This document shows positions 36,650-47,578 of a stretch of DNA of 64,000 nt, one piece after another. The stretch lies in IMG/VR virus record IMGVR_UViG_3300027278_000009. One strand, written 5' to 3'. Both the position numbers and the translations under genes were made by a program. Every line of letters begins with the position of its first letter. Within the stretch, counting starts at the first letter, position 1. Origin of the DNA: a virus. The notes beneath the pieces were generated by a model that worked only from the letters and a program-made list of their open reading frames with translations, ran no database searches and was not told the DNA's origin.

Positions 36650-38311
36650 ATGGCTCAATTAAAATCAGGAACTACAATCGGAGGTCATTTAGTATTACAT
36701 GCTGGCAACTTTGACCAAAACTCTTATTTGAGTTTTAAAGGAGCAACAGGTCCTCAAGGTTATAAAGGTGTCCAGGGTTATAAAGGAGCAACTGGTAACC
36801 AAGGTGCTCAAGGATCTCAAGGGGTTCAGGGTACTAAAGGATTTACAGGATTTAATGGTGACCAAGGTTATGTTGGTCCAACTGGTCCAACAGGATATAC
36901 CGGTGCTAATGGTTATAAAGGTATTACAGGAGATACAGGTTATCAAGGCGCAACTGGACCAACTGCTTACGTTGGTTATCAAGGTGCTAAAGGTCCAACT
37001 GGCACGCAAGGTGCTAAAGGTTATGTTGGTCCAACTGGTAACCAAGGATCTACTGGTCAAATTGGCCCAATAGGTCCACAAGGATATACTGGTGTTCAAG
37101 GTGTTGCAGGACCATTAGGTCCTCAAGGTGGTAATGGAGCAGTAGGTGCTCAAGGTCCACAAGGCGCTCAAGGTGTTCAAGGTACTGGTGGTAACCAAGG
37201 AAGTACTGGAGGCCCGGGTCCAAGAGGCCCACAAGGTGCTGCACAAACAACGAGAGGTCCACAAGGGGCTAAAGGTAATCAAGGTGCAAGAGGTCCACAA
37301 GGTTCTCAAGGTAATACAGGCCCACAAGGTTATGTTGGATTTCAAGGAGATCAAGGTGTACAAGGTACTGCACAAACAACAACAGGTCCACAAGGGGCTA
37401 AAGGTTCACAAGGACCTAGAGGTCCACAAGGCGATATGGGTCCTGATGGTTATATTGGATATATTGGTTATCAAGGTGATCAAGGTGTACAAGGTCCAGC
37501 ACAAACAAATGCTGGCCCACAAGGAGGTACAGGACCAAGAGGTCCACAAGGAGACCAAGGTCCAAGAGGTGATCAAGGTTATATTGGTTTCCAAGGAGGT
37601 CAAGGTCCAAGAGGTCCTCAAGGTACTGCGCAGACAAATACAGGTCCACAAGGTGGTAAAGGTTCAACCGGTCCACAAGGCCCACAAGGCCCAAGAGGTC
37701 CACAAGGATATGTTGGTCCAATTGGTCCAAGAGGTCCACAAGGGGATCAAGGATCTGCACAAACAAACGCAGGTCCACAAGGAGCTAAAGGTATTCAAGG
37801 ACCGATTGGTCCGCAAGGAGAAAGAGGTGTTCAAGGATACCAAGGTACCATTGGTTTAACAGGATATACTGGACCAATTGGTATAACTCAAACAACTGTT
37901 GGCCCAACAGGCCCAACTGGACCAATAGGTCCAGTTGGATATATAGGTGGAACAGGTCCACAAGGACATACCGGATATATTGGTGTAACAGGATATATTG
38001 GTCCAGTTGGCCCAGGAGGTCCACAAGGTCCAAGAGGAGCTCAAGGTCCTCAGGGTGGAGATGGTCCACAAGGTCCACAAGGAGATACGGGCGGTAAAGG
38101 TCCTACATCGACTGCAGGTCCTACAGGTCCTAATGGTCCACAAGGAGCAACAGGAACTAAAGGTGCTACTGGATCTCCAGGTCCTAGAGGAGCTACAGGT
38201 TCTACACCACCATTAACCTTGGTTCTTCCAGGCGGTTATAATGGAACATTACAAGATGATAACTACCAAAACTTTACAGTAACTTCTGGTTTTATATCAA
38301 GTATCTATTAA
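36650..38311 (+). CDS. Collagen-like protein A (tandem trio)
   Basis: 30-aa leader [12 protein letters not shown].....HAGN then Gly-X-Y; six G.AQTN/T-type interruptions. Confidence 0.9.
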   Translation: MAQLKSGTTIGGHLVLHAGNFDQNSYLSFKGATGPQGYKGVQGYKGATGNQGAQGSQGVQGTKGFTGFNGDQGYVGPTGPTGYTGANGYKGITGDTGYQGATGPTAYVGYQGAKGPTGTQGAKGYVGPTGNQGSTGQIGPIGPQGYTGVQGVAGPLGPQGGNGAVGAQGPQGAQGVQGTGGNQGSTGGPGPRGPQGAAQTTRGPQGAKGNQGARGPQGSQGNTGPQGYVGFQGDQGVQGTAQTTTGPQGAKGSQGPRGPQGDMGPDGYIGYIGYQGDQGVQGPAQTNAGPQGGTGPRGPQGDQGPRGDQGYIGFQGGQGPRGPQGTAQTNTGPQGGKGSTGPQGPQGPRGPQGYVGPIGPRGPQGDQGSAQTNAGPQGAKGIQGPIGPQGERGVQGYQGTIGLTGYTGPIGITQTTVGPTGPTGPIGPVGYIGGTGPQGHTGYIGVTGYIGPVGPGGPQGPRGAQGPQGGDGPQGPQGDTGGKGPTSTAGPTGPNGPQGATGTKGATGSPGPRGATGSTPPLTLVLPGGYNGTLQDDNYQNFTVTSGFISSIY

Positions 38312-38349
38312 TAAGATAAACTAATTTGAAAAAGAATATAATATAAAAA

Positions 38350-39972
38350 ATGGCAAAATTATCATTAAATACAACAATTGCTGGACAAACGGTTTTTCAC
38401 ACCGGTAATTTTGATAAAAATGCATACACAGCATGGATCGGTAATACCGGTCCAGTTGGTTTAACTGGTGATCAAGGAGTTATTGGTGATCAGGGAGCAA
38501 CAGGATATACAGGTCCAATTGGTTATACTGGTGGTACTGGTAATACTGGAGCTACAGGCTATGTTGGTAATCAAGGTGCTAAAGGAGCAGTTGGAGCAAA
38601 TTCAGCAGTTACTGGAGCACAAGGCGATACTGGATCAACAGGTCCAAAAGGTCCTACAAGCTCAACAGGTCCTAATGGTCCACAAGGTCCTCAAGGTGAT
38701 TCACCTAGAGGTTTCCAAGGAGACCGCGGTCCACAAGGAGCACAGGGATCTTTTCCAACAGGCCCAACAGGGCCAGTAGGTCCACAGGGTGCTAAAGGTA
38801 TTGCTCCAACAGGTCCAACTGGTTACCAAGGATCTCAAGGTGCTACTGGATTTATTGGAAATATTGGTCCTCAAGGTTCTAATGGTCCATTAGGTCCACA
38901 AGGTGCTCAAGGTGTTGATGGTTATCAAGGAGTTGCTGGTCCAATTGGTGAAAGAGGTTTCCAAGGAGATGTTGGAGATACTGGTTATACTGGATATATT
39001 GGCCCTCAAGGTGCTAAAGGATTTACTGGGGCAACAGGTTATGTTGGTTATCAAGGTGGTGCTGGCCCAATTGGTCCAAGAGGTTTCCAAGGAGATACTG
39101 GTGTTCAAGGATATATTGGTAGAACAGGCCCAACAGGTCCAACTGGCCCACAAGGCCCACAAGGATATACTGGAGTTCAAGGTACTGCAGGTCCTTTAGG
39201 CCCAAGAGGTCCACAAGGAGCAACAGGATATACTGGAACAATTGGAGTTACAGGATACAATGGTTTAGTTGGCCCAACAGGTTACATTGGAGTACAAGGT
39301 TATCAAGGTACTGCAGGTCCTGAAGGCCCAAGAGGTTTCCAAGGAGATCAAGGTACACCTGGTTATATTGGCGTTCAAGGATATAAAGGTCCAAATGGTC
39401 CACAAGGCCCACAAGGATATACTGGAGTTCAAGGTACTGCAGGTCCTTTAGGCCCAAGAGGTCCACAAGGAGATATTGGTCCAAATGGTCCTACTGGAGT
39501 AACTGGTTATACTGGTTATATTGGTCCAATTGGCCCTCCTGGAGCAAGAGGTATACAAGGTGCTGCAGGTCCACAAGGTCCTCAAGGTTCTAAAGGACCT
39601 CAAGGTTCTAATGGAACACCTGGTCCATCTGGTCCAACTGGCCTAATTGGCCCACAAGGTCCAAGAGGTCCACAAGGTGCTGTAGGTCCACAAGGTCCTC
39701 AAGGTAATATTGGATATAATGGTTTTACAGGTAGACAAGGTCAACAAGGATACATTGGCCCAACAGGTGGACCAGGAGATTCAACACCAGGTCCACAAGG
39801 CCCACAAGGCCCAAGAGGTCCACAAGGCGGTCCAGGTCCAACTGGACCAAATGGCCCACAAGGATATCAAGGCGTAGATAATGTTAGCGTTTATGCTGGT
39901 GTAGATGGTCAGCTCTTCTTTGAAGGTGGATCAGTTTCCAGACCAGTAGAAGGTGGGTTAATAATGTTCTAA
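38350..39972 (+). CDS. Collagen-like protein B (tandem trio)
   Basis: Paralogous 30-aa leader; long uninterrupted Tyr/Pro/Thr-rich Gly-X-Y run. Confidence 0.9.
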   Translation: MAKLSLNTTIAGQTVFHTGNFDKNAYTAWIGNTGPVGLTGDQGVIGDQGATGYTGPIGYTGGTGNTGATGYVGNQGAKGAVGANSAVTGAQGDTGSTGPKGPTSSTGPNGPQGPQGDSPRGFQGDRGPQGAQGSFPTGPTGPVGPQGAKGIAPTGPTGYQGSQGATGFIGNIGPQGSNGPLGPQGAQGVDGYQGVAGPIGERGFQGDVGDTGYTGYIGPQGAKGFTGATGYVGYQGGAGPIGPRGFQGDTGVQGYIGRTGPTGPTGPQGPQGYTGVQGTAGPLGPRGPQGATGYTGTIGVTGYNGLVGPTGYIGVQGYQGTAGPEGPRGFQGDQGTPGYIGVQGYKGPNGPQGPQGYTGVQGTAGPLGPRGPQGDIGPNGPTGVTGYTGYIGPIGPPGARGIQGAAGPQGPQGSKGPQGSNGTPGPSGPTGLIGPQGPRGPQGAVGPQGPQGNIGYNGFTGRQGQQGYIGPTGGPGDSTPGPQGPQGPRGPQGGPGPTGPNGPQGYQGVDNVSVYAGVDGQLFFEGGSVSRPVEGGLIMF

Positions 39973-40007
39973 TAAATTGAAATTGAAATAAATTATAATA
40001 TAAAAAA

Positions 40008-41702
40008 ATGGCTGTATTAAAAATAGGAACAACAATTGGAGGAAACGTAGCATTACATGCTGGTAATCTTAATCCTTCTAATTTTCCTCAATTCATAGGT
40101 GCTCAAGGTTCTAGAGGCACTCAAGGAGCTAGAGGTCCTCAAGGAGACAAAGGCTACACTGGCCCAACTGGCCCAACTGGTCCAAATGGTGCACAGGGTC
40201 CTCAAGGTTTCCAAGGCTCTAGAGGTTCTCAAGGTGCTACTGGATTCCAAGGTAATCAAGGTGCTATAGGTTCTCAAGGAGCTAAAGGTTCTCAAGGTTC
40301 TCAAGGAATTATTGGAGATAGAGGTCCTCAAGGAGTACAAGGTACTATTGGTTTTACTGGAGCTCCAGGAGCAATAGGATATCAAGGTGAAACAGGATAT
40401 ACTGGATACTTAGGACAACAAGGTCCTCAAGGAGCTAGAGGTTCACAAGGCCTTGTTGGAGTTACTGGAGATCAAGGAGTAACTGGTCCAACTGGTCCAA
40501 CTGGATTTACAGGATATAATGGTCCTGTTGGAGCACCTGGTCCTAAAGGAATTGCACCTACTGGATATACAGGCTATACAGGTAGAACTGGACCAACAGG
40601 TCCATTAGTTACTGGTCCAACAGGATATACTGGCACACAAGGTGGAGCTGGTGGTACTGGTCCTGAAGGCCCAAGAGGTCCACAAGGAGATAAAGGAGCA
40701 GCTGGCCCAACGGGAGCAGTCGGTCCATTAGTTACTGGTCCAACTGGATATACTGGCCCAACAGGCCCTACTGGTGTTCAAGGACCAAGAGGTACACAAG
40801 GTACACAAGGAACTAAAGGAGTTACAGGTTCAACTGGTATTGTGGGTCCTTTAGTTACAGGCCCTACAGGTTATATTGGAGTTAAAGGTCCAGGCGGTCC
40901 ACAAGGTCCAAGAGGTACTCAAGGAACTACAGGCCCAGGCGGTCCAACAGGCCCAACTGGTATTATTGGTCCTTTAGTTACAGGTCCAACTGGATATGTT
41001 GGATATATTGGCACGACAGGTATACCAGGACCAAGAGGACCACAAGGAGATACTGGTCCAATTGGCTATAAAGGCCCAACTGGTCCTGTTGGTCCATTAG
41101 TTACTGGTCCACAAGGATACACTGGCCCAACAGGCCCAAGAGGACCACAAGGTTCTAGAGGTCCACAAGGTCCACAAGGTCCAAGAGGTCCACAAGGTCC
41201 ACAAGGTTATACTGGTCCTCTTGTAACAGGATATCAAGGTGTTCAAGGAGACAGAGGTAATCAAGGAACTTTCCCAAGAGGTCCACAAGGTTCACAAGGA
41301 CCTAGAGGTTACCAAGGTTATGTTGGCCCAACAGGACCAACAGGATTAATTGGTCCAAACTCAACAACCCCTGGTCCAGGCGGTCTACAAGGTTATAAAG
41401 GCCCAACAGGACCAGCAGGATCTGCTGGATCCTCGCCTAACGGCCCACCAGGGCCAAATGGCCCAACAGGCTATACAGGTACAACTGGAGCCCCAGGTGG
41501 AACAGGTGCAAAAGGATTCCCTGGATTTGGATGGGATTCAACAAACCACGTTGGAGGTACATTAACAATAGATCACGTAATGAATGGATATATTGTTAAT
41601 ATTTATAAAGGTAGAATTACAGGTGTTACTCCACAAGCACCACCACCATCTCCATCACCATCTCCAACACCGTCCCCAAGACCAGGAAGAGGTTCAGCTT
41701 AA
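40008..41702 (+). CDS. Collagen-like protein C (tandem trio) with (Ser/Thr-Pro)n tail
   Basis: Paralogous 30-aa leader; six GPLVT interruptions; [17 protein letters not shown] tail. Confidence 0.9.
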   Translation: MAVLKIGTTIGGNVALHAGNLNPSNFPQFIGAQGSRGTQGARGPQGDKGYTGPTGPTGPNGAQGPQGFQGSRGSQGATGFQGNQGAIGSQGAKGSQGSQGIIGDRGPQGVQGTIGFTGAPGAIGYQGETGYTGYLGQQGPQGARGSQGLVGVTGDQGVTGPTGPTGFTGYNGPVGAPGPKGIAPTGYTGYTGRTGPTGPLVTGPTGYTGTQGGAGGTGPEGPRGPQGDKGAAGPTGAVGPLVTGPTGYTGPTGPTGVQGPRGTQGTQGTKGVTGSTGIVGPLVTGPTGYIGVKGPGGPQGPRGTQGTTGPGGPTGPTGIIGPLVTGPTGYVGYIGTTGIPGPRGPQGDTGPIGYKGPTGPVGPLVTGPQGYTGPTGPRGPQGSRGPQGPQGPRGPQGPQGYTGPLVTGYQGVQGDRGNQGTFPRGPQGSQGPRGYQGYVGPTGPTGLIGPNSTTPGPGGLQGYKGPTGPAGSAGSSPNGPPGPNGPTGYTGTTGAPGGTGAKGFPGFGWDSTNHVGGTLTIDHVMNGYIVNIYKGRITGVTPQAPPPSPSPSPTPSPRPGRGSA

Positions 41703-41722
41703 TATTAACAAATATTTTAGAT

Positions 41723-41751
41723 AAAAAAGAGGACTACGGTCCTCTTTTTTT
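41723..41751. terminator. Bidirectional intrinsic terminator (cUACGg loop)
   Basis: AAAAAAGAGGAC-TACG-GTCCTCTTTTTT. Confidence 0.92.
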
Positions 41752-41796
41752 ATGAGATATATACAACATAATAACAGAGTAATATAATAACTTATT

Positions 41797-42882
41797 ATGA
41801 TTAACAACTTTTGTATTTGTACTTTAACACATTCAACTCAAGGTAGAGGTAGAGCTTTAAAGTATACTATAAAATCTTTTATGGATGATTATAGTGGCAG
41901 CAAGTTTGAATGGTTTATTTGGGTAAATATAACCGATGACACTATTAATGAAACTTTAGAATGGGCACAAGAAACTTATTCTGACCGTGTTAAATTTAAT
42001 ATCCGGATTAGCGATGTAAATTTAGGTCCAGGCGGAGGGATTAATAGATTAAGCGAAATGTCTAAGGAATACGAATATAGTATCTTCTTAGAAGGAGATT
42101 GGTTATACATTCCAAGTTGGGTTTCAGGATTAAGTCATAATTGGATTCAAGAAAGTATTGAGTTTCTTGAAGTTAATAAAGATGTAACTCATATTCAATT
42201 AAGAAAATATCTAGATGATATGGATGATCGACAATATACATTTGGATATTGGGTCAGACCTGAAAACGTTGAGCAGGTTGTAGATTGGACTGGTAATGAA
42301 TATGCAATTATGCATAAAAGAATGTACACAAATACGCCATGTCTTCGTAGAATGAGTGCATATTATGATTTAGGCGTTTTTCCATTAAAAGAGTTTTATG
42401 ATGAACATGGAAATCCAACCGAACATAAAGGTAATCAAGATTGGGGACAAGCAGAATTACAGACACCAGATGATATGAAAGCTGCTTGGATTTATTATGG
42501 TACATTTGTTCACTTTGAGGATTGGGCTTATGAAGATGATTGGCAACATTATGCAGAAGGTAAATTTGGTTGTGGAGTTTATCCAGCTAGAGGACTTAAC
42601 AGATGTAAATATGGATATTTAGTACCAAACCATTCTTTCTGTACGATGTGTAAGAAGGATAAAGATATTACAGATCATGTTGAGCATATTAAACGCCACA
42701 CAGATCATGTGATTATGCTTAAAGAAGAATTTAAAAACAATCCTCAAGATCTTACATTTGACGTATTCTTAAGTAGAATTGAAGGTTTAATTGAAAATCC
42801 AACAATTAATCCTAGAGAATATAACGATATTGAACTATACCACAATATAGGTGTAATCAGAAAGAAAAATAAACAATCTTAA
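41797..42882 (+). CDS. GT-A/GT2-like glycosyltransferase with Cys-containing C-terminal extension
   Basis: NLGPGGGIN, SIFLEGDW; C...C...CTMC tail. Confidence 0.55.
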   Translation: MINNFCICTLTHSTQGRGRALKYTIKSFMDDYSGSKFEWFIWVNITDDTINETLEWAQETYSDRVKFNIRISDVNLGPGGGINRLSEMSKEYEYSIFLEGDWLYIPSWVSGLSHNWIQESIEFLEVNKDVTHIQLRKYLDDMDDRQYTFGYWVRPENVEQVVDWTGNEYAIMHKRMYTNTPCLRRMSAYYDLGVFPLKEFYDEHGNPTEHKGNQDWGQAELQTPDDMKAAWIYYGTFVHFEDWAYEDDWQHYAEGKFGCGVYPARGLNRCKYGYLVPNHSFCTMCKKDKDITDHVEHIKRHTDHVIMLKEEFKNNPQDLTFDVFLSRIEGLIENPTINPREYNDIELYHNIGVIRKKNKQS

Positions 42883-42906
42883 TAAACAGAATATAAATAT
42901 AAAAAT

Positions 42907-43860
42907 TTGACAATTATGCACGAAACAGCAAGTTCAAATGTATTACTAAACTTAGATAGAGCAGTTAAAAGTGATACTCTCTATACCTTAACAGGTTGGG
43001 TTGCTTCAAATCTTGGTAAGATTACCGAGTTTTGGACAGCTAATGAGAACGGTTACAAACACATTAAATTAGGGGCTAAATTCTATTCTCGCCCTGATGT
43101 ATTGGATTTTTATCCACAATTTGCAAATAATGTAGATTCATTAGGATTTGAATTTGGATTAAGCAGATCAGCAATTTCTACAGGGTTTGTGGTTGTATTA
43201 GAAGATGGTACTGAGCATTTCATTGGTAGTTTACATGCTGCTATTATTGAAAAATCAGGATTTATGCCAACAACTCATAAAGATCTTATTGTTGTTGATG
43301 ATTTCTACGCGGACCCAGATGCTGTTCGAGAATTTGCAATTAATAATTTAGAATTCCAACCTTCAAATTACCATAAGGGCCAAAGAACACATGGCAGATT
43401 TATTCTTGAAGGAACTAAAGAAAAGCTTGAAGAAATTATCGGCCGTAAGATTATTAATTGGAACCACACTTCTTATGCTAATGGTGTTTTCCAATTCTGT
43501 ACTGCGGATCAACCTATTGTGTACCATATCGATACACAAATGCTAGCAGCAATGGTATATCTTACGCCAAATGCTCCAGTTTCTTCTGGTACAGCGATGT
43601 ACAAGAGTAAGATTAATGGTGTTCGCAATTTCCCAGGTGATAGTAGAAATTCTAATCTATATGAAGAAGTATTTAAAGGAATTAGTGATTCAATGAATTT
43701 CTACGATTCATCACAATATGAAATGGTAGATACTTTAGGTAACGTATATAACCGATTAGTTATTTTCAATTCTTCTAATATTCACGCAGCAACTCAGTAT
43801 TTTGGTGATGCAATCCATAATGCTAGATTCTTTCACATGTTCTTCTTTGATGTTGAATAA
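42907..43860 (+). CDS. Two-domain protein: unknown N-terminus plus DUF6445-like 2OG-Fe(II) oxygenase
   Basis: IVVDDFYADPDAVR, HxD (HID), AAMVYL.P.AP...GT, YNRLVIF, IHA; start may be ATG 42916. Confidence 0.65.
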   Translation: MTIMHETASSNVLLNLDRAVKSDTLYTLTGWVASNLGKITEFWTANENGYKHIKLGAKFYSRPDVLDFYPQFANNVDSLGFEFGLSRSAISTGFVVVLEDGTEHFIGSLHAAIIEKSGFMPTTHKDLIVVDDFYADPDAVREFAINNLEFQPSNYHKGQRTHGRFILEGTKEKLEEIIGRKIINWNHTSYANGVFQFCTADQPIVYHIDTQMLAAMVYLTPNAPVSSGTAMYKSKINGVRNFPGDSRNSNLYEEVFKGISDSMNFYDSSQYEMVDTLGNVYNRLVIFNSSNIHAATQYFGDAIHNARFFHMFFFDVE

Positions 43861-43873
43861 AATAAATTTATAA

Positions 43874-45772
43874 ATGGCTTATAATTTACATATCTTAACA
43901 AGATGTACGCGTCCTAAAAATTTAACGACAGTACAAAATTCTGTTTTCACAGATACACACGGATTAAACATAACTTGGCACGTTATATTTGATACAGCAC
44001 CTTTAAAGGATATTGATGCTGAATTATTATCAAGTATTTCAGGTCCACAAACTAAAATTCATTTCATCAATGCAGGGGATGGCGGTCTTTTATATCCACA
44101 ATGCACTGAATTAATTAAAGGAATTGAAGATCAAGATGCATGGATTTATTTCCTTGATGATGATAATATCTTACATGAAAACTTTTACAATAGAGTTTCT
44201 GAGTTTGTAAAAGAAAATGCAAAGATCCATGTATTTTCCCAATATATTGGTGGAAAAGATTTTACAGGATTAGAAGTTAGGCATGCGACTTTTGAAAATA
44301 CTGGTTTCCAAAAAACAGATATTGCACAGATTATTTTCAAAAGATCATTGATGGAAGATTATACGTTTGGAAGTAATTATGCAGCAGATGGATATTTTAT
44401 TTCAGCAGTTCTCAAAGATCACTTTGATTGGTTTAGCTGGCATAATGAAATCTTATCTTATTATAACCATTTGGAAAAGCCATCAAAGGCTAGAATTCCA
44501 AAGGTAATTTACATTGGTCCAGGCCAGCCTGAATTAATTAGCCGTCAATTTGTAAATTACGAGGCAAACGATCTTGACGTAAAGTATTTTGAGAATGATA
44601 ATGGCATTGTTCAACAAATTATAGAATTTAATCCAGATTCTATTGTTACAGTAGGAGGCACTTGGCAAGATTATCCAAATCTTGCATCTCTTCCAATTTC
44701 TTTACGTAGAAAATGGAATCATGTTGAAGATGTAAATATACCAATCGATGAAATCGGTTCAAGAGCGTATATGGGAGCAATGACAACCATGCTCAGTCCT
44801 CAATATTTAAATGATGAAGAAACTATTTCGTTTGTTACACCAATCTATAACACTGGTACTAAATTATATCAAACATACCAATCTCTCGCTCGTCAGACTT
44901 ATGAAAACTGGGAATGGGTTCTAGTGAATGATTCATCCGATGGTGGTAAAACATTGAAGATCGCTGAGAAGATTGCAGCAATGGATCCTAGAGTTAAGGT
45001 ATATGACTTTAGAGAAAAATCAGGTGGAATTATCGGTGAAGTTAAATATCGTGGTAACGCTCTTGCAAGAGGATACATTTTGGCAGAATTCGATCATGAT
45101 GATATTTTAACACCAAACGCAGCAATGGATATTCATTTAGCGGCGAAAAAGCACCCAGAGTGCGGATTCTTCTACACTGATTGTACTGAATGGACAGAAG
45201 AAGGAGAATCATTAAGATATGATCCAGGCTTTGCATTCTCTTATGGTAATTATAGATTAGAAGAATATGAAGGTAAAGATGTTTGGGTATGTAATCAACA
45301 TGACATTAATCCTAAAACAATTCGACATATTGTTGGTGTACCTAACCACGTAAGAGCTTGGAGAAAATCTACATACTTTGAAATTGGTGGTCATAACCGA
45401 GGATTAGCAATTGCTGATGATTATGAATTAGTTGTACGCACATTCTTACATACTAAGATGTGTCGTATTCCAAATCTATGTTACATTCAATATATCTACA
45501 ATAATGCAGGTGGACAAAATACACACAATTTGGCCCGAGCAGATATTCAACGTAGAGTTCGTACTATTATGTACTACTATAATGAACAAATTAAAGATAG
45601 ATTTGAAGAACTTGGATTATACGACTGGGCATACTATGAAAATCCAAATGCACCATTACATGTTCAATCCAAATTTGGTGAAGAAGAACAAGTTGCAAAT
45701 ATTACATACGTTGAAGGAGAAACCCTCAATCCAGACGCTGTAAACAAACCAGCTCTACAAGAAACATGGTAA
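43874..45772 (+). CDS. Tandem (two-domain) GT2 glycosyltransferase
   Basis: WIYFLDDDN in domain 1; ISFVTPIYN, WEWVLVNDSSD, AEFDHDD, ADDYEL in domain 2. Confidence 0.85.
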   Translation: MAYNLHILTRCTRPKNLTTVQNSVFTDTHGLNITWHVIFDTAPLKDIDAELLSSISGPQTKIHFINAGDGGLLYPQCTELIKGIEDQDAWIYFLDDDNILHENFYNRVSEFVKENAKIHVFSQYIGGKDFTGLEVRHATFENTGFQKTDIAQIIFKRSLMEDYTFGSNYAADGYFISAVLKDHFDWFSWHNEILSYYNHLEKPSKARIPKVIYIGPGQPELISRQFVNYEANDLDVKYFENDNGIVQQIIEFNPDSIVTVGGTWQDYPNLASLPISLRRKWNHVEDVNIPIDEIGSRAYMGAMTTMLSPQYLNDEETISFVTPIYNTGTKLYQTYQSLARQTYENWEWVLVNDSSDGGKTLKIAEKIAAMDPRVKVYDFREKSGGIIGEVKYRGNALARGYILAEFDHDDILTPNAAMDIHLAAKKHPECGFFYTDCTEWTEEGESLRYDPGFAFSYGNYRLEEYEGKDVWVCNQHDINPKTIRHIVGVPNHVRAWRKSTYFEIGGHNRGLAIADDYELVVRTFLHTKMCRIPNLCYIQYIYNNAGGQNTHNLARADIQRRVRTIMYYYNEQIKDRFEELGLYDWAYYENPNAPLHVQSKFGEEEQVANITYVEGETLNPDAVNKPALQETW

Positions 45773-46440
45773 CATTTATCATACCTACTTTATGGAAGTC
45801 TGAATGCATCTACAAAACAATAGATGCCATTCAGGCTTCTACTATTTCAGGTATTGAATTGTTTATATTTGATAATGCAAAATCAGGATATGAATCACCA
45901 GACTCTAGAATTAAAGTAGTTAATGATAAAGATTATTGGGTTAATCCAGCATGGAACCGCGGGGTCGAATTAGCAAGCAACGAGTGGATTTGCTTATTAA
46001 ATGATGATATACACGTCAATGTAGATCTTTTATGTAAAACATTTAAAAGAGACGTAATAGATAAGCCTGAAGTTGTATCATCCTTTGGTAATTTAGGTTA
46101 TAAAACTTCTCAACCGTTTTATGAAGAGATAAATGGAGATAATGAGGAATTAAATGTAATTCCACAGCCTTTTAAAGGAAATGGATACGGCCAACTTATA
46201 ATTATTAACAAAAAAGATTGGTCGCCTATTCCTGAATATTTTAGAGTTTATTTTGGAGACGATTTTATACACTATGTAACTGAAAATCTTCTCCAAAAAC
46301 AAAGTTTATGTTTCGATAACTTAAAAGCCATTGGACAATACAGCGCAACTTCACGAGAGATCGAATATATTTTACAACAAGAATTTACGTTTTGGAATAA
46401 AGCCGTAAATGATATTAGAGACAAATTAACAAACAATTAA
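45766..46440 (+). CDS. GT2-family glycosyltransferase
   Basis: TFIIPT, FIFDN, VNPAWNRG, CLLNDD, YFGDD. Confidence 0.8.
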   Translation: MVTFIIPTLWKSECIYKTIDAIQASTISGIELFIFDNAKSGYESPDSRIKVVNDKDYWVNPAWNRGVELASNEWICLLNDDIHVNVDLLCKTFKRDVIDKPEVVSSFGNLGYKTSQPFYEEINGDNEELNVIPQPFKGNGYGQLIIINKKDWSPIPEYFRVYFGDDFIHYVTENLLQKQSLCFDNLKAIGQYSATSREIEYILQQEFTFWNKAVNDIRDKLTNN

Positions 46441-46444
46441 AATT

Positions 46445-47041
46445 ATGAAAACAGATTACGTTTTTCCGTACAAACACAATGATCCACAACAGTGGTATTG
46501 GTTTAAAGAAGGATTTTCTAGATCAGAATTGCATAAGATTTATGCAGACTTGCAGAATATTCCTTTTGAAAGAGCAACAACGTTAGGTAGCACCGATGGT
46601 GGTGAAGTAAGACGTTCAAATATTAAGTGGCTCCCGCGTGATGAACATTGGGGATGGGTATATGAAAAATTAATCAATATGGCTGTTGAGGCTAATAACT
46701 CTCTTTGGCATTTTGATTTGCATACTGCGCCTGAACAGATTCAATACACCGAATATGATGCAGCCGAGTTAGGTCATTACGATTGGCACCAAGATATTGG
46801 ACACGGCGGAGCTTCTCTTAGAAAGGTTTCTATTACGGTTCAATTATCGGAGTCAAACGAATATGATGGAGGAGATCTTGAAATCTGGCAAGGTGGAGAT
46901 ATCGATACAGCACAATACACACCGCGTGGAGCAGGTAATGTGATCATTTTCCCAAGCTATATGCCTCACCGTGTAAAACCAGTTACAAAAGGACTTAGAC
47001 GTTCCTTTGTATTATGGGTAGGCGGAGAGCATTACAAATAA
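46445..47041 (+). CDS. 2OG-Fe(II) oxygenase (prolyl-4-hydroxylase/PKHD-like)
   Basis: YDWHQD, RKVSITVQL, YDGGDLE, IFPS..PHRVKPVTKG.R.S. Confidence 0.85.
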   Translation: MKTDYVFPYKHNDPQQWYWFKEGFSRSELHKIYADLQNIPFERATTLGSTDGGEVRRSNIKWLPRDEHWGWVYEKLINMAVEANNSLWHFDLHTAPEQIQYTEYDAAELGHYDWHQDIGHGGASLRKVSITVQLSESNEYDGGDLEIWQGGDIDTAQYTPRGAGNVIIFPSYMPHRVKPVTKGLRRSFVLWVGGEHYK

Positions 47042-47051
47042 TAAATAGTAT

Positions 47052-47294
47052 ATGGACAAATACCCTGATATGAAATCAATGTTCGTTACAATCTATGTAC
47101 ACCACATGGACATAGACGCGATGTATGATTATATCAATGGTAGAATTAAGACTCCACCTCACTATTGGATTGATTATAAAGAGCTACCAGATTTAATATC
47201 TGGTGGCTTTTTAGAAATCCATATTACCTATGAAATCTATTCTCTAATCAGAGAAGTAAAAGACCACACATCATTCTTAGATTCTAGATTATAA
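47052..47294 (+). CDS. Hypothetical protein
   Basis: 80-aa ORF after TAAATA. Confidence 0.65.
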   Translation: MDKYPDMKSMFVTIYVHHMDIDAMYDYINGRIKTPPHYWIDYKELPDLISGGFLEIHITYEIYSLIREVKDHTSFLDSRL

Positions 47295-47319
47295 ACTTTA
47301 TTCATTGGCCATATATAAT
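47292..47319 (+). promoter_or_regulatory. Class II promoter
   Basis: TAAAC-N17-TATAAT upstream of 47338. Confidence 0.75.
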
Positions 47320-47337
47320 ACTTGAAACATATTTAAG

Positions 47338-47577
47338 ATGGCCAAGAAAAAGAAAGAGGATCGCAAAATTACTGTTAAGTCTCCAAAGAAAGGAGAACAG
47401 TATTATTTTACATTCGCAGGAGGCATCATTAAAGGAACATTAGGGGATCGTATTGAAAGGTTAGAAATTCATTACGGCGAAAAGTGGTATCGTATGCATA
47501 TTATTGAAGGCGACAAGGAGATGAGATACCCAATTCCTCTTAGAAATATTGCACTAACTTATGAAGAATTAAAATAA
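47338..47577 (+). CDS. Hypothetical protein
   Basis: 79-aa ORF with a class II promoter. Confidence 0.7.
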   Translation: MAKKKKEDRKITVKSPKKGEQYYFTFAGGIIKGTLGDRIERLEIHYGEKWYRMHIIEGDKEMRYPIPLRNIALTYEELK

Positions 47578-47578
47578 T

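Noticed and set aside
38317-40000. Class II-like motifs before collagen B and C
   Set aside because: Spacers are 15-16 bp rather than 17
25078-41500. Tandem repeats as a CRISPR array
   Set aside because: The repeats are in-frame Gly-X-Y codons with no constant repeat/unique spacer structure, and there are no cas genes
25067-41565. Many alternate-frame and antisense ORFs (KVLKV, TLETL, PWKPL, LVDL types)
   Set aside because: Shadows of 9-nt periodic collagen and coiled-coil codons that lack stops in other frames; no promoters or leaders
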